Assembly: GCA_012295275.1 (NCBI GenBank) | Contig: CM022665.1 | Location: forward strand, 31,000,001 to 31,064,000 | Direction of reading: 5' to 3' | Length of the DNA stretch: 64,000 bases | Source of the DNA: Chrysomallon squamiferum | Taxonomy: Eukaryota; Animalia; Mollusca | Made by a program: the position numbers and the translations under genes | Notes under the pieces: model-generated | Seen by the model: the letters and a program-made list of their open reading frames with translations, nothing else | Database searches by the model: none | What the model was told of the DNA's origin: nothing | In this document: piece by piece, positions 14,725 through 27,700 of the stretch | Position numbering within the stretch: the first letter of the stretch is position 1 | Layout of the letters: every line of letters starts with the position of its first letter

Positions 14725-16390
14725 AGTCACATGCTTGGATCTACACATTATCTTTATACAGGTCTGAAAATGACAGTCAGATAGATAAAATAAATACGTT
14801 AATAGATTTAGTTGGTTGGATGGTTGGTCTAAAACCCCAGCATTAAGGCATTTTGTAAACTTCAAACACTCATCCCTCCCAAAGGACAAACCTCTCTCTA
14901 GCGGCTGAAACCGCGTATACCTAAAAACTTGACATGGTCCATTAGTCTTGGGAATTGGCAGGCCTTTGATAAGTTCAGAAAGTTAATCCAAATAACAGTA
15001 ACCTTTAGAATTTCAATACCCACCGTTATCAGCAAGCTGTCGATTTGCTTGGATTACCAAACAAACGTGATGGTGAGTACAATAAGAACACATTAGGATT
15101 TAGGTTCTCTGGGCTTAAAGGTTGAAACCTCAATCTTCTTTGTGTGCACGGAATGCTGCAGTTTAATAGGTTTGACACAATCGTAGATTCTAATGAACAA
15201 AGCAGTGATAATAACTTTTGGATGACTACATTAAGAGAAGAAATAACTCCGGCTCGGCTTTCATTTCCTCTTGTAGATGTTTGTTTGATCTGGGGACGTG
15301 CGTGGCTGGCAACGTAATGGCCGGATCAGATCGCTTGTTGCGGAGTAATTAAGGCTTTTTTTTAAAACTCTTTTTTTTACCTGTGTGGCTAAGACAACAA
15401 GCCATACCTGTGCCGATGGGACCAGTCTCGTTTTACATGCGCGCGCGGACACTGCAGACGGCGCGTGAAGAAAACTGTTTACTCGCTCGGTAATAAAAGT
15501 GCCATCGCACGAATCTAAATACGAAGCGGAGACCGTTTTCTCTGCGAAATCTGTAGAAATATTGTTACAAAAGATCGATGGAGTTACGTCTCTGATCTTA
15601 TCATATTATTCCAGCGCTTTGTTCAAGCCTTTTTCAGAAATAAAGCATGAAGCTGTCACGTGATCGGCCCGAGGGTTTGTCTTAATTGTTGAGAAAGCAA
15701 ATATTTCGTCTGAATTGTTGAATTAGGAAATTAGATTCTCTTTCTCCGTCGTTTAACGAATGTCACGGGGATAAATCTTTTCTCTAATGGCGGAATACAA
15801 TAGGATGCGGGCCAGTCGCCTCTTAGCGACGCAATCTCTTGCTTTACAATACAATTAACTGAATATTATTTCTGTCAGAACAAGGTAAATGATCCTTATA
15901 TTCTGAGCAAATAGCAATTTGTCTCTTTTATCTCGCCACGGTATCGGTCTCTATTTGCTCTAATTCTCATTGTCTGTTCGTGGAAAGGTGACATTTATAC
16001 TGCACCCGGTGCTATATGCGAAATATTCAACATACACCAGCTGTCTTATTTTGTAGTGTGAAATAGAAGTCTGTATGCAACTCGTCTCAAGCCATTATAT
16101 GACATGAATTTTAAATGATTAAGTTTCGTTCTGCAACGCTTCATAGACTTTGTAATTTGCGACTAATAAATAAATGTCTAGGCATTTCTGTTTCAGGTAG
16201 CTACACTTAGAGATAAAATTAACAGAGTGTAGTGGGAGAGACAATTAATCTTATCTGAAGGAAAGAATAGATAGTTTTGTTATTCTTATAATAAAATATT
16301 ATTTCATCATACCATTATCATAATCGTTATCATCATCAACGTCATAGTCACCATATCTCTGTTGTTAATGCCTTCTTCTTTTCATTGTTA

Positions 16391-16465
<75 letters not shown>

Positions 16466-17024
16466 CCAGATGAAGCTGTGCAAACAAATAAATGAATGAA
16501 ATAAGAAAAGATATTTATGAAAGTAATAATGAAATATAAAGTATTTGTCATTTATATGTAAAGGCCTGTATGATAGTCAGGAATGGACTAATTATCACAT
16601 TCAAACTGAAAACAAAACTTACCTGTACGAACAATAAAACCTGTATTAAGCGATCACAAAATAAAGTGTATCTTTATTAAGACACGGCGTGATTGTATTA
16701 TGTTAGATAATTAAAAATAATAAAATTATCATATCGTATCTTAATACAGGTAGCAGCTGGAAAAAGTTTTCACAACGTTTGCAAAACAAGAACCAAAGTT
16801 CAGGATATAGTACAAAACATAAGTTTAGATAATCTAAAAGATATTCTTTCACGTCTATGATGGTATACTGAAGATGGTATTTTCATAGTTACTTCGACAT
16901 AATTTCGTACTTAAAGACAGACGGAGTAAATCATAACAAAGTTGGTGTATCCTCAGTCTATCGAGGTTTTTTAAAATAGATTTTCACCGTACGAAATGAC
17001 GTCATCTTTATCTTTGACTGAATA

Positions 17025-17408
<384 letters not shown>

Positions 17409-19046
17409 TCTCTCGCTCTATCTCTTTCTCTCTCTCTCGTCTCTGTGTGTATTTCCTAAGTGTGATAGATTTACATCCTCATAAACATATTAATGCTGAA
17501 TCACCGACATGCTCAATTTGGATATCGTGTCTCCCTTGGGACACCTATTACCTTGGACACATTTCATGAGCCAGTGAGCAAAATCTTAAGATAAATGTAG
17601 CTTTACGAAACTAACTAACCCGGCAGAGGCTCCAGCCTAACAATCGTCAAGAGAGGTATAAAACCTCATCAGGCGCGTACCAACCGGAAGTTTTCATCGA
17701 CAATACACAGCGACCAACAGGGTGTAAAATTTCAAAGAAATTTATATTGATGGTTTTTGCTGTTTTGTTATTATTGTTATCGGGAGCATTCATTAAGACT
17801 TCTTTCATGGCGGTTTTAGGCATAGCTGCTGCATTCAACTGTAGCGAGCGGCGTCTCAGTTTTCTAATAGACAGAAAGCAAAGATTAGATTTGCAGGTAA
17901 ACACCGGAAGTCGAGTCTTGGACAAAAAGCGAAATAAATTCTCTTTACTCACTGGCCTGTGGAAATAATGGCGGCGACTCATTTTTAATTTCCTCGAGCG
18001 CACTTAGTATTTGCCCGAGTCTTGTCTCGGCCCGACTAATGGCCACATGAAAGGTGTTTGTGTAATTAACAAAGCCAAAGGTTTCAATCAGATGTTACCT
18101 GCGGGAATCATCAGGAAGATACTTTCAGGTGAAAATGGAGAGACAGATTAAAAAAAAAAAAAAAAAAAAAAAAAAGAAATTACCCAATCAATAAATCTCT
18201 GCATAGATTGACACTAGTGCGATGACACGAACACCAAACAGATTGACGAAGCAATTGCCACAACTATTAAAGACAGGGAATGATCGATGAGACAGTTTCT
18301 CAGCAAAACTCGCTCTTAGCCAGTGTTAATGCACACAGTTAAAAAATAAAAAATATTAAAAAAAAAAAAAAAACCTGGCCGCCGTTCCTTCATGTGTCTA
18401 CAGACCCAAGACACGAACAAATGGTGCTTTTATTACCTGGCGAATTTGTCATTTGAAACCATTCAAGGGGAAATTCAATCGTGTGCACGTGCAGGACTTG
18501 TAATCCTAAGCTTACAATTTTATTTGTAGAATATAATGAAGGCAAACAAGTTAATAAAAGAAAACATTAATCATTCCGCACTTAAATAAGAAAAAAGGAA
18601 GAAAGAGTTTGAAAGAGAGTAATAATTGTCTGTTATGGATTCTCCTTTATCTCATCTTTTTAATATTCCTCGCGAAATGATAAAGCTCTGGTTTGCAGAA
18701 ACCGTGGCACGGTTTTCATTTCCGGTCTTAATAAAGCGACCAGGTACTTTTTTCCATTAAATTACTTCGCAATAGGAATCGCCAGTATGCAGTTAATCAT
18801 AACGCCGCCATAAATGGAAGTGTCTGTGGACACGTGCAGTAAACAGGTGAATGCAGCAAAACCAGACTGACCGATAAAGATGAACAGTATTAAATATTAA
18901 ACAAATATTTCCTATTCTTATCTCATTTTTCTTAAAACAAATGTTGCAAATTTATATCTCAGTAATTAATTTCTACGAAAACTATTTATAAGCCAACAAA
19001 AATGAATTAATAAGAAAACTAAAAAAATTATAATAGAAAAAAAAAA

Positions 19047-19087
<41 letters not shown>

Positions 19088-22000
19088 ATGTCTGCTTTAT
19101 CCTGCCACGGTTAGCATGGTGCATATGCAAATTATGTGAACAGGAAAAAGTTTATATCATAAGACAGTAGCTAGTTATTTGTTTTATACTGCAACCCTAA
19201 GTAATACAACAACTAAATGACATTTTATTTATCAACGTACTACTCTGGAGAGTAGTAGATTCACGCGTATTGAGTTCATTTTCGCCTACAAAGTTCTTAA
19301 ATAACAACAATTTATTTATTATTTTGTAAATGAAAACTGTTTTGAAAATGGTATTTTATGATCTAAACCAGTATTTCAACACTAAACAATAACACGCACA
19401 TAACAACGACAACATTAACACACACACACACAACAACAACACACACAATTTATGCATGTATGTAAGTAAATAAGTATTATTTATCGATGTAATAATAATA
19501 TATATTTTTTGTCAGTAATCGAAAATATTGAAATTTATCTAGTTGTGATATCTTGCCAATATATATATGTATGTAATTATTTTATTTATTTATTTATTTA
19601 TTATTGTTATTTTTTATTGTTCTTTTTCTTGTTATTATTGTTGCTATTATTCTTATTCTTATTTGTGTTAATATTATTATCATTATTTAGCTGCTGCTTT
19701 TTTAATGTTGTTGCTGTATCTTAACATGGTGAAGTATACTACAGCAGCAGAATATTACTGCTTAATATCTAGAACTATTTGGAATGTGTCCCTGGTACAG
19801 TAACTATGAATAAATGATGAGAACTTAATCTCAAACCAAGCAGGCCTATCGTTTTACAATACAAGGGAAATAACTGTGTACAGACGGGCATTCGACAAAT
19901 AGCTAGGACACAATGTTTAGTCTACTTTTTTTCTTCAGAATATACATTTTTAAATTATGCATGATAAAAACTAAATATAACAACTGCTTGCTGTTGTTAT
20001 TGCATAAAACTGAAGTTATTCCACCTAAAATAAAACTGATTTTATTTTGCTTTCTTTGTTTATTTGTTTCTTTTTGTTGTTATGGCTGTTGTTTTGGTAG
20101 GATAATACAGAACATACTAAAAAGTTGGAGATATTCAAACTTAGAATAGAGCCAGATAATTATGGTAATTTGCATTATTCGCGTTAAGACGAGATCGATA
20201 TAGATTAAGTTAATCGTTAGTGACAAATTAGTATCAAATTTTATATTTTTCTTCATTGTTGTTTATTCAGTAATATAGTGGGGGAATCGGAGACACACAA
20301 GGTTAGATTATTATGATAAAGATATGTCTCTTCTTACAGTGTAGTTTTATATGAATTTTCAGGTTATAGGAAAGTTAATAACTTCCATCGGCATTTTGTT
20401 TCTGGACAAAATTATCATTTAAAATGTCAAATTGTGAGAGATTCATATATATTGTAATTATATGAATAATAATAACAACAAAAACATAAAATGAATAAAA
20501 TAAAATTTTAAAAATAATTATTACTTAGGATCACAGTTAAACACTATTAATATTTAATTTTAAGTAACAATAAACAACTGATACAGACTAATGCTTAAGG
20601 TTCAAAGAAAAACTTACAAAAGCAGTAACAACGAAACTTTATTTTTTATTCAGGATTCTATGCAATCACTGAAAATACAGCACGCATCATATTCGTTTTG
20701 TTAATGTTTTTCTTCTTAATTTATAATTATGATTATAATATCTATACCATCAGTTTAAAACTAAGTATATATCCAGTTTTTAGTTTTGATGAGGAAGGTA
20801 TAAGGGACGTAACTCCTGTTTATTTCATTAAATTTCAGTACATATAAATCGCCCCGCACATTTCATCTGTTTAAATGAAAGGATTGTTTTATATATATAT
20901 ATTAGAAATTGATGCATCAATTTTGTCCAATACAGGAGTCGCCTAAGTTATCGATACTGACTCTCATGCGTTCGATGAGGATCGAATATTTTTTAAAGAT
21001 TAATTTTTGTTGTTAAAAAAAAAAAAAAAGAAAAAACAAAAAGGCGTTTTGATATTCCATAGGCGCCTCATTCCAAACTGTCTAATGTTTCAATAAACAT
21101 CACCTTGATTTGTTGGTTTTCTTTAATGATGATTAAATGGAACATGGGCAACCTCAGCGAGGTGCCTGAACTTTTTTGGACGTATTTTATTCCAAGTATA
21201 TGTTAGCTTTACATTTTATGATTATTTTACACTCAGAACGGACTCAGTGTATGTTTCATCATGCATCTTCTCTATCATGTGCCAGCATGTTATAGTCTCT
21301 CCTCGTATAGCATAACTAAGTACCAAATTACAGCTCGCTTCCAAAATCCCACCATGTTACAGAGAATTTGAAAAAAAAACCCCAAAACCAACAAAAAAAC
21401 ACAATCATTTTTTCTGTTACGTCATCAGTTTCTGTAATAAAAAAAAAAAAATGAAAAATGAAAAAGACGTCATGTGTCTTGTAGAAGCTTTGAATTTATT
21501 TTTTCAATACCAACGGAGATTAACTGCGATTTTTTACTTTAAAATAATAATAATAATAAAAAAAATAATAAAAAATAGAAAACAATTTAAAAACATATAT
21601 TAATTATTTAAAGGTAAGTTAAGAATTTTTAAATAATTATTTTTAAATAATTATTTATTTATTTTTTAACCGAGAACTGATCTTTACATTCTTGAAATGA
21701 TACCTGTGTATCTTATTATAGACTACCGTAGAGTTAACCAATCCTTCCATTGTTAAACAATTGTTTTAATTAAAAATATATATATTTTAAAGCATTTATG
21801 TGTAATCTAAATACGTAGTTGTAATCATCGTTAAAACAATATTATATAATACTTTTTTCTTTATATTTATTCAAACCTATATTAAGCGATATCACTTTTG
21901 CTATTGTCAGTTGGTGTGCTAAGCCTAAGGTACGACGGCTAGAATGACGTTTGGGGGGAGACTGATGCTTATTATTGTAACTGTAGAAACAACATCTCTT

Positions 22001-22124
22001 CCCAAATGTAAGTACTATATTATATTTCATTTTGAGTTATTCTAACCGTATGTGGTATTTTCATTTATACTTCAAAGGAATTCATATTATGTAGTTTTTA
22101 AAGTATTGAATTGTTTACGTTTAG

Positions 22125-22783
22125 TTTGTGAAGAGGTTATAGATCCTGGTGATGACTGTGACCTATTAGTGAGAAGGTACGCCTATGACGCCAATTCCGG
22201 GCGGTGCAAACGCTTCAAGTTTTCGGGATGTGGTGGAAACCAGAACAATTTCGAATCAATGCGTATCTGCACGCAAACGTGCACCTGTTTCGCACCTCGC
22301 GACGAAGGCGATGCCGTCTGCGTTAGAAACGAAACCACGAGATACTACTACAACCCTGAAACAGGCAAATGTCAAACATTTCAATATCTTGGCTGCAACG
22401 GAAATCGCAACAATTTCCTGACCGAATCAGAGTGCAAGAACAAATGCATTTGTCAACGGCCTTATGATGCTGGCGAATGCGCAAAGATTTCATCAAACAG
22501 AAACGAAACCGTCTATTATTTCGACAGAAGAACAAACCGATGTCGTAAGGGTTTATATGGTGGTTGCGGCGGCAACCAAAATCGCTTTAGCACTCTGGAG
22601 CAGTGTAAAGAGTTTTGCGTTTGCACCATGGCACCAATGGTTGGCCCCTGTCTGGCTTATTTTCCAAGTTACTTTTTTAACAAAACATCTCATTTATGTG
22701 AAACTTTTGTGTATGGAGGGTGCGGAGGAAACGGAAACAGGTTCCGGCTGAAAGCAACTTGCAATAACACATGCAATTATTAA
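22125..22783 (+). CDS. Multi-Kunitz/BPTI-domain protein (4 tandem domains), terminal exon; 5' exon(s) with signal peptide not identified
   Basis: Four six-Cys Kunitz units with (F/L)x(Y/F)xGCxGNxNxF signatures. Likely phase-1 acceptor tttacgtttag at 22124; stop TAA 22781-22783; AATAAA at about 22861. The first 24 residues of the ORF-track entry look intronic. Confidence 0.9.
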
Positions 22784-23662
22784 TTGTGAGATATGAAATA
22801 GAAGTGTTGACATTTATATCAAATTTATTATGGCTATACTATTCAATTAATTATAATAATAATAAATAATAATAATAATAAAAAAAACCACCTATCTGTT
22901 TTTATTTATTTAGAAAATGGGCATAATATTAATGAGTTATGATTCTGTTCGTCTTTAATATCAACCTTACGCATATATACATACATACATCTACAAAAAA
23001 GATATTACTGAGAGACATAATTATAAAACAAATCGATATTTAGGTACACATATACTTTCTAACAACACATTCTTCACTCAGAATGAACAAGTATATGTAT
23101 GTATTGAGTTACGTTATAATAATAATAATATATTATGCAGTAAAATGTTTCAGTCGTTTTATGATAAAACAGACCATTATATATATCATCCGAGATACCA
23201 TGAATCTGAGGAGAGGTCTCCAAACTACGACATGCGAATAGTCGCAGAGGATATGTGAGACAAATTCAGTAATGGGGGATGCAAAAAGTAAAAACAATAT
23301 TTGTACAGAAGGCCACTTGAAGAATGATAATCATCCTCGGCCGACATTCAGAAACGATCCCGAATCATTATTATTATTATTATTATTATTTTCAAAAATC
23401 ATAATTTTGCATTATATTTTATCCAATTAAGACACTGTGCACATTCCGCTCACATGTTAACTAATACTGAAGCTCTCTGACATGGTATTTGGAAATGGAT
23501 ACACATCAACCAAATATTTTCTCCAAGGGGTACGGTTAGACATTTTTTGAAAACCTCTGTATTAGAATGTGTCATGAATAGTCAGAAGGATTTGTTTTTT
23601 AAAAATTGCATCTTTGTATGAATGATTCATAGGCCATTTGTATATATTCTTACATTTGAAAC

Positions 23663-23708
<46 letters not shown>

Positions 23709-23849
23709 TGTCTAAGTTGTAGGATTATGTCTAACAAGTTGAAGTAATTGAATTATAACTTTCACAAAGTTGCATGCCAATAATTTTGCATTTTAAAATC
23801 AACGTTTTGTAGAAGGAAAATTAGAAATCCAAGGATAAATTTCAAAACA

Positions 23850-24400
23850 TTTATCAATAAATACCTACAATAAACTCATAGCTGGTAATTACCGAGATCT
23901 TCGGAAATACCGACAACAGTTTAAAAATATTTATATTGAATAAATTCACAATCACCGACAAAAAATTCAAAACCGATTACCTGTAATAAATTACAAATTA
24001 CCAACTACAAATTCAGAACTATCGATAACAAATTCATAATTACTGATCACAAATACATAATTACCAATAATTTCAGAAATACTTACAATTAACTCGTAAA
24101 TTATTATGCATATTAATTTAAAACTGGGCAACAGACAACTTCAGAAATACCGACAACAAATTAAAAAATAATTAAGGAGAATAAATTCATAATTACCTAT
24201 AACAAATTTACATTTACCAACAACAAATACATAATTACGGACAATTTCAGAAATATCTACAGCAAACTAGATGCAAAACATGAACATAATAAATTCATCA
24301 ACAACAAACTAAAATCAATAAATAAAATATATTTATAAGAAATAAATTCAGCATTACCTGTTACAAACTCAGAATTGCTGATAACAAATTCATAACTGCA
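23850..24400. repeat. Degenerate minisatellite, about 21-bp unit, consensus approx. AATTACCGACAACAAATTCAT
   Basis: Recurring units such as aaataccgacaacagtt, aatcaccgacaaaaaattc, aactatcgataacaaattcat, aattactgatcacaaatacat, aattacctataacaaattt, aattgctgataacaaattcat. Confidence 0.8.
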
Positions 24401-24544
24401 TACAGAGTTAAGTATAAGAACATTTATCCCTGCATTTCTAATTTCGTTCCAATAATTTATGAAACGCTGATTTTTACATGTACCTTTGGAAAACCTTTCA
24501 ATTATTTTGACTAGGTATATTTCTACAGCTTTTACCTATAATTT

Positions 24545-24630
24545 GACGCTGTTGGTCCTTGTCGGTATTTAACGGTTGTTGTCGGGTTCTGTCGGTTATT
24601 GTCGGTTGTTATCGGTTATTTCCGTTCAAA
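24545..24630 (+). promoter_or_regulatory. Probable symplekin promoter/5' region with tandem TTGTCGGT-type motifs
   Basis: CpG-retaining patch about 160-240 bp upstream of the ATG: ttgtcggt, ttgtcggg, ctgtcggtt, ttgtcggtt, ttatcggtt, the last four about 10-12 bp apart. Confidence 0.5.
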
Positions 24631-24788
24631 AATGAAAGAAAAAATATGGTGGATTCATGATATTGAGTTAACATTTTGGGATACATACTTTTTGCAAGCA
24701 ATTACATTGGGATTGTTTTTTTTACTTTAGTTAATACATTGCTTTACTGATCCCATAGTTGTGTAATAACTGCATATATTAATAAAGT

Positions 24789-27700
24789 ATGGCGACTGAT
24801 GATGAAAGCAGACGATCTACAGCGGCCCAGTTTTTCAAAGATGAAGACGCCGCTGCAAATGAATCAATGTCGCCTTATGACAGGGTTTGTTGTTTTGTTT
24901 TAATTATGTGTTATTACAACAGACAAAACATGTTTTTGGCAGTTACTATACTAAATTTAAAACATAAAACATTTTAAACACTGTACCATCATATAATCAT
25001 TCATGCAGATGTGAGGCAGAGTCAAAAAGCGAAAACAATCAGGGAATCACTGAATCAGTAAAAAATAAAAAATATAAAAATGAAAATGCATGAAATATCC
25101 CACTGGGACAGCTACAAGTTGCATTTTTCACTTTTTTGTTTTTGTAGTGAAAGCATGTTCTCATAGATGCTGTTAACTATAACTTTGTAATGAAATCACT
25201 GAATGATCAATCAGCTACAAATAGTGAAATACACAAAATTAGTCTTGTCAAATACCATAATCATTACCAGTTGTTATTAATACCATTTTACTTACATTCA
25301 TTATTGCATGAAACGTGTTACCTTAAACAGTACATATTATTGGCATTATTTTACAGGCACCTTCAGAATAGTATTATGCAACTAATATAAATCTAGTTTT
25401 TGACTAGTTAAATAAAATAATAGTAACATTTAAATAGTAAAATAATTTTTTTATTATTATTATTACATTGTTTTTTTCCTGTCTCACCCTTACCAGGTGG
25501 TTGAATTACTGAATCAGGCAGCTCTTGCTCAAAAAGATGGCCAGAAGATAAACTACTTGAGACAGGTAATTTAGGAGATAAATATTCTAAAATTTTGTTA
25601 TTAATGTAGATTTTGAATCATTTAAATATAAACACATTTGTAAGGTTTTTATCATTATGAAATTTAATTACCAGTAAAGACCAACTGAATCAATATTAAC
25701 TTGTAGCATTCAAATATTTAAGCTTTGACAACTGAAGTAAATTTTATTTCTACTATTTAAGTTATATGCAAAGCATTTCACTTTATAGACATTAAAAGAA
25801 TTCAGCTACTGTGGAATAATTACTATTTAATTACCAGTTGATTTGATTTTTTGAAAAACAGAACACATTAGTATTAGATCAAACAATCCATTTCCAGATA
25901 CTTGCTTTATTGCATTTTGTTTTCAGGTTCAAGAGTTAATAATTCATAAGGACCCTACAATGCTGGACAATTTTTTTGATGTAAGTAGATAATGTCTGAA
26001 AGCTTATGTTTATTTGGTCTAAGAGTAAGATTAACAGATATACCTTCTGTTCAGATATTATAACATAATTAAAAATAATACAAAAGAAACAACAACAAAA
26101 AACCCAGATTGGCTATCAGAATTTATATCATGTTAACCTTTTTATTTTTAATGATAATTTTATTCGTGGTTAACATTGAGTTTGTTATTTTTAATATTTA
26201 TTTTAATATTATTTATGATGTACTCAGCAGTTTATCCCATTGTTTATTTATGTATACATAGTAATAATCATTATGAAATATAAACACTGAAATATAAAGA
26301 GATTTTCTTCATTTTATTTTTTTTATTTTTTTATTTTTTTTCAGGAACTCCTTGCCTTTCAGAGTGATAGATCTCCAGATGTGAAAAGATTCATCATTAG
26401 CTTTATGGAAGAAGCTACGTATGACAGACTTAAGCTATTCTGAAAACTAATTGATACTGAAAATGTCATACAGTTGGAATCTGATTTGAAATTTAATATT
26501 TTACATAATTTCATGTTTTTTAAAAACAAAATTGTATTACTTGTTTTTTAATAATTTATTTTTAGTTATATTTATTATAATGTTTAAAAAAGATAATAAT
26601 TTTACAGTTTTCAGTTATATTTATTAAAAAAAAAAATTTTTATATTAAAATAATCTGATCTATTTATTTCCAGTAAAAAGGATCCAGAAGCTCTTCCAAA
26701 AGTTCTGCCAAGTTTGAACATTTTGTTGTCTGATGAAAATGTTAATGTTCAAAAGAAAGTTATATTGGTGCTTGTTCCCATGTACAAAAACACATTACAG
26801 GTAATTTGAGATAAATATATATATATTAGTGTTAATCACTGACATAACATAAGCAGTTTATTGGTGTTTAACTAGGTACTGGCAATCTAGCCGGTATAAC
26901 TGGTCAAAGCTGTTAAAAGTTCAGATTTTGTCCATTTTCCTCCACTTCCAAATCCCTTCTCTAAACCCTTCCATAAAAAACAAATACATGTAACTAAAGA
27001 TCATTATGTGCTCTTTTAAATGGTGTTGTTGTTCTTGTTGTATGTTAACTCAGTTCTTTGTATGAGAGTGTTAAATGCGGTGGGGGTAAACACAGTTTGG
27101 TACACATGGTCAGCAATTAACAACATGGAGTAAAAAGTCCTAAAATAGGATTATTTTACAAATGCCTGGCTTGTTTTTGCGAAAATGGCTTCAATGTTAT
27201 TTTTAGCACAGATAGGATGGTCAAAGTTCAATCTTTCTAACTGTGAGCATGTCATCGCTGGTAGTGGTTTATATCAAAAGTTGTGTCCAAAAATGTACTT
27301 TTTCATGCCTTCAAAACAATTTTGAAAAGAAATGGCTGAAAATAAAACCTATGTTCATGGGATCAAATGAAAGATCATTCAGTTACCTTTCAAACAATGG
27401 TCAACACTACGGTGTGTCTTCTTTGGCAAAAAGAAGCTCCTCATTTAAAAGTAGCACGTACTTAGTGAAATTGCCATTACGTTACGTTTTCGCTGTAGAT
27501 TTTATGTACAGCTACAAAGGTCTGGCACTGTTTAAAATGATTATAGTTATATATTGTTTATATTTTTAATAACTTGTTGGCTGTATGTTTTTCTTCAATG
27601 TTCCTACTTTTACACGTGTAGCGAAATCGCGTTCTCGAATTGACATTATTTTGCCAATTACTATCTTCCATTTAAAACCGTCGATTATTTTGCTTTCAAA

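Noticed and set aside
19700-21950. Several candidate leader exons for the Kunitz gene
   Set aside because: None combined an ATG, a signal-peptide-like stretch and a phase-1 donor convincingly; left unresolved.
23850-24400. CRISPR-like interpretation of the periodic repeat
   Set aside because: Eukaryotic context, degenerate abutting units, no unique spacers and no cas genes.
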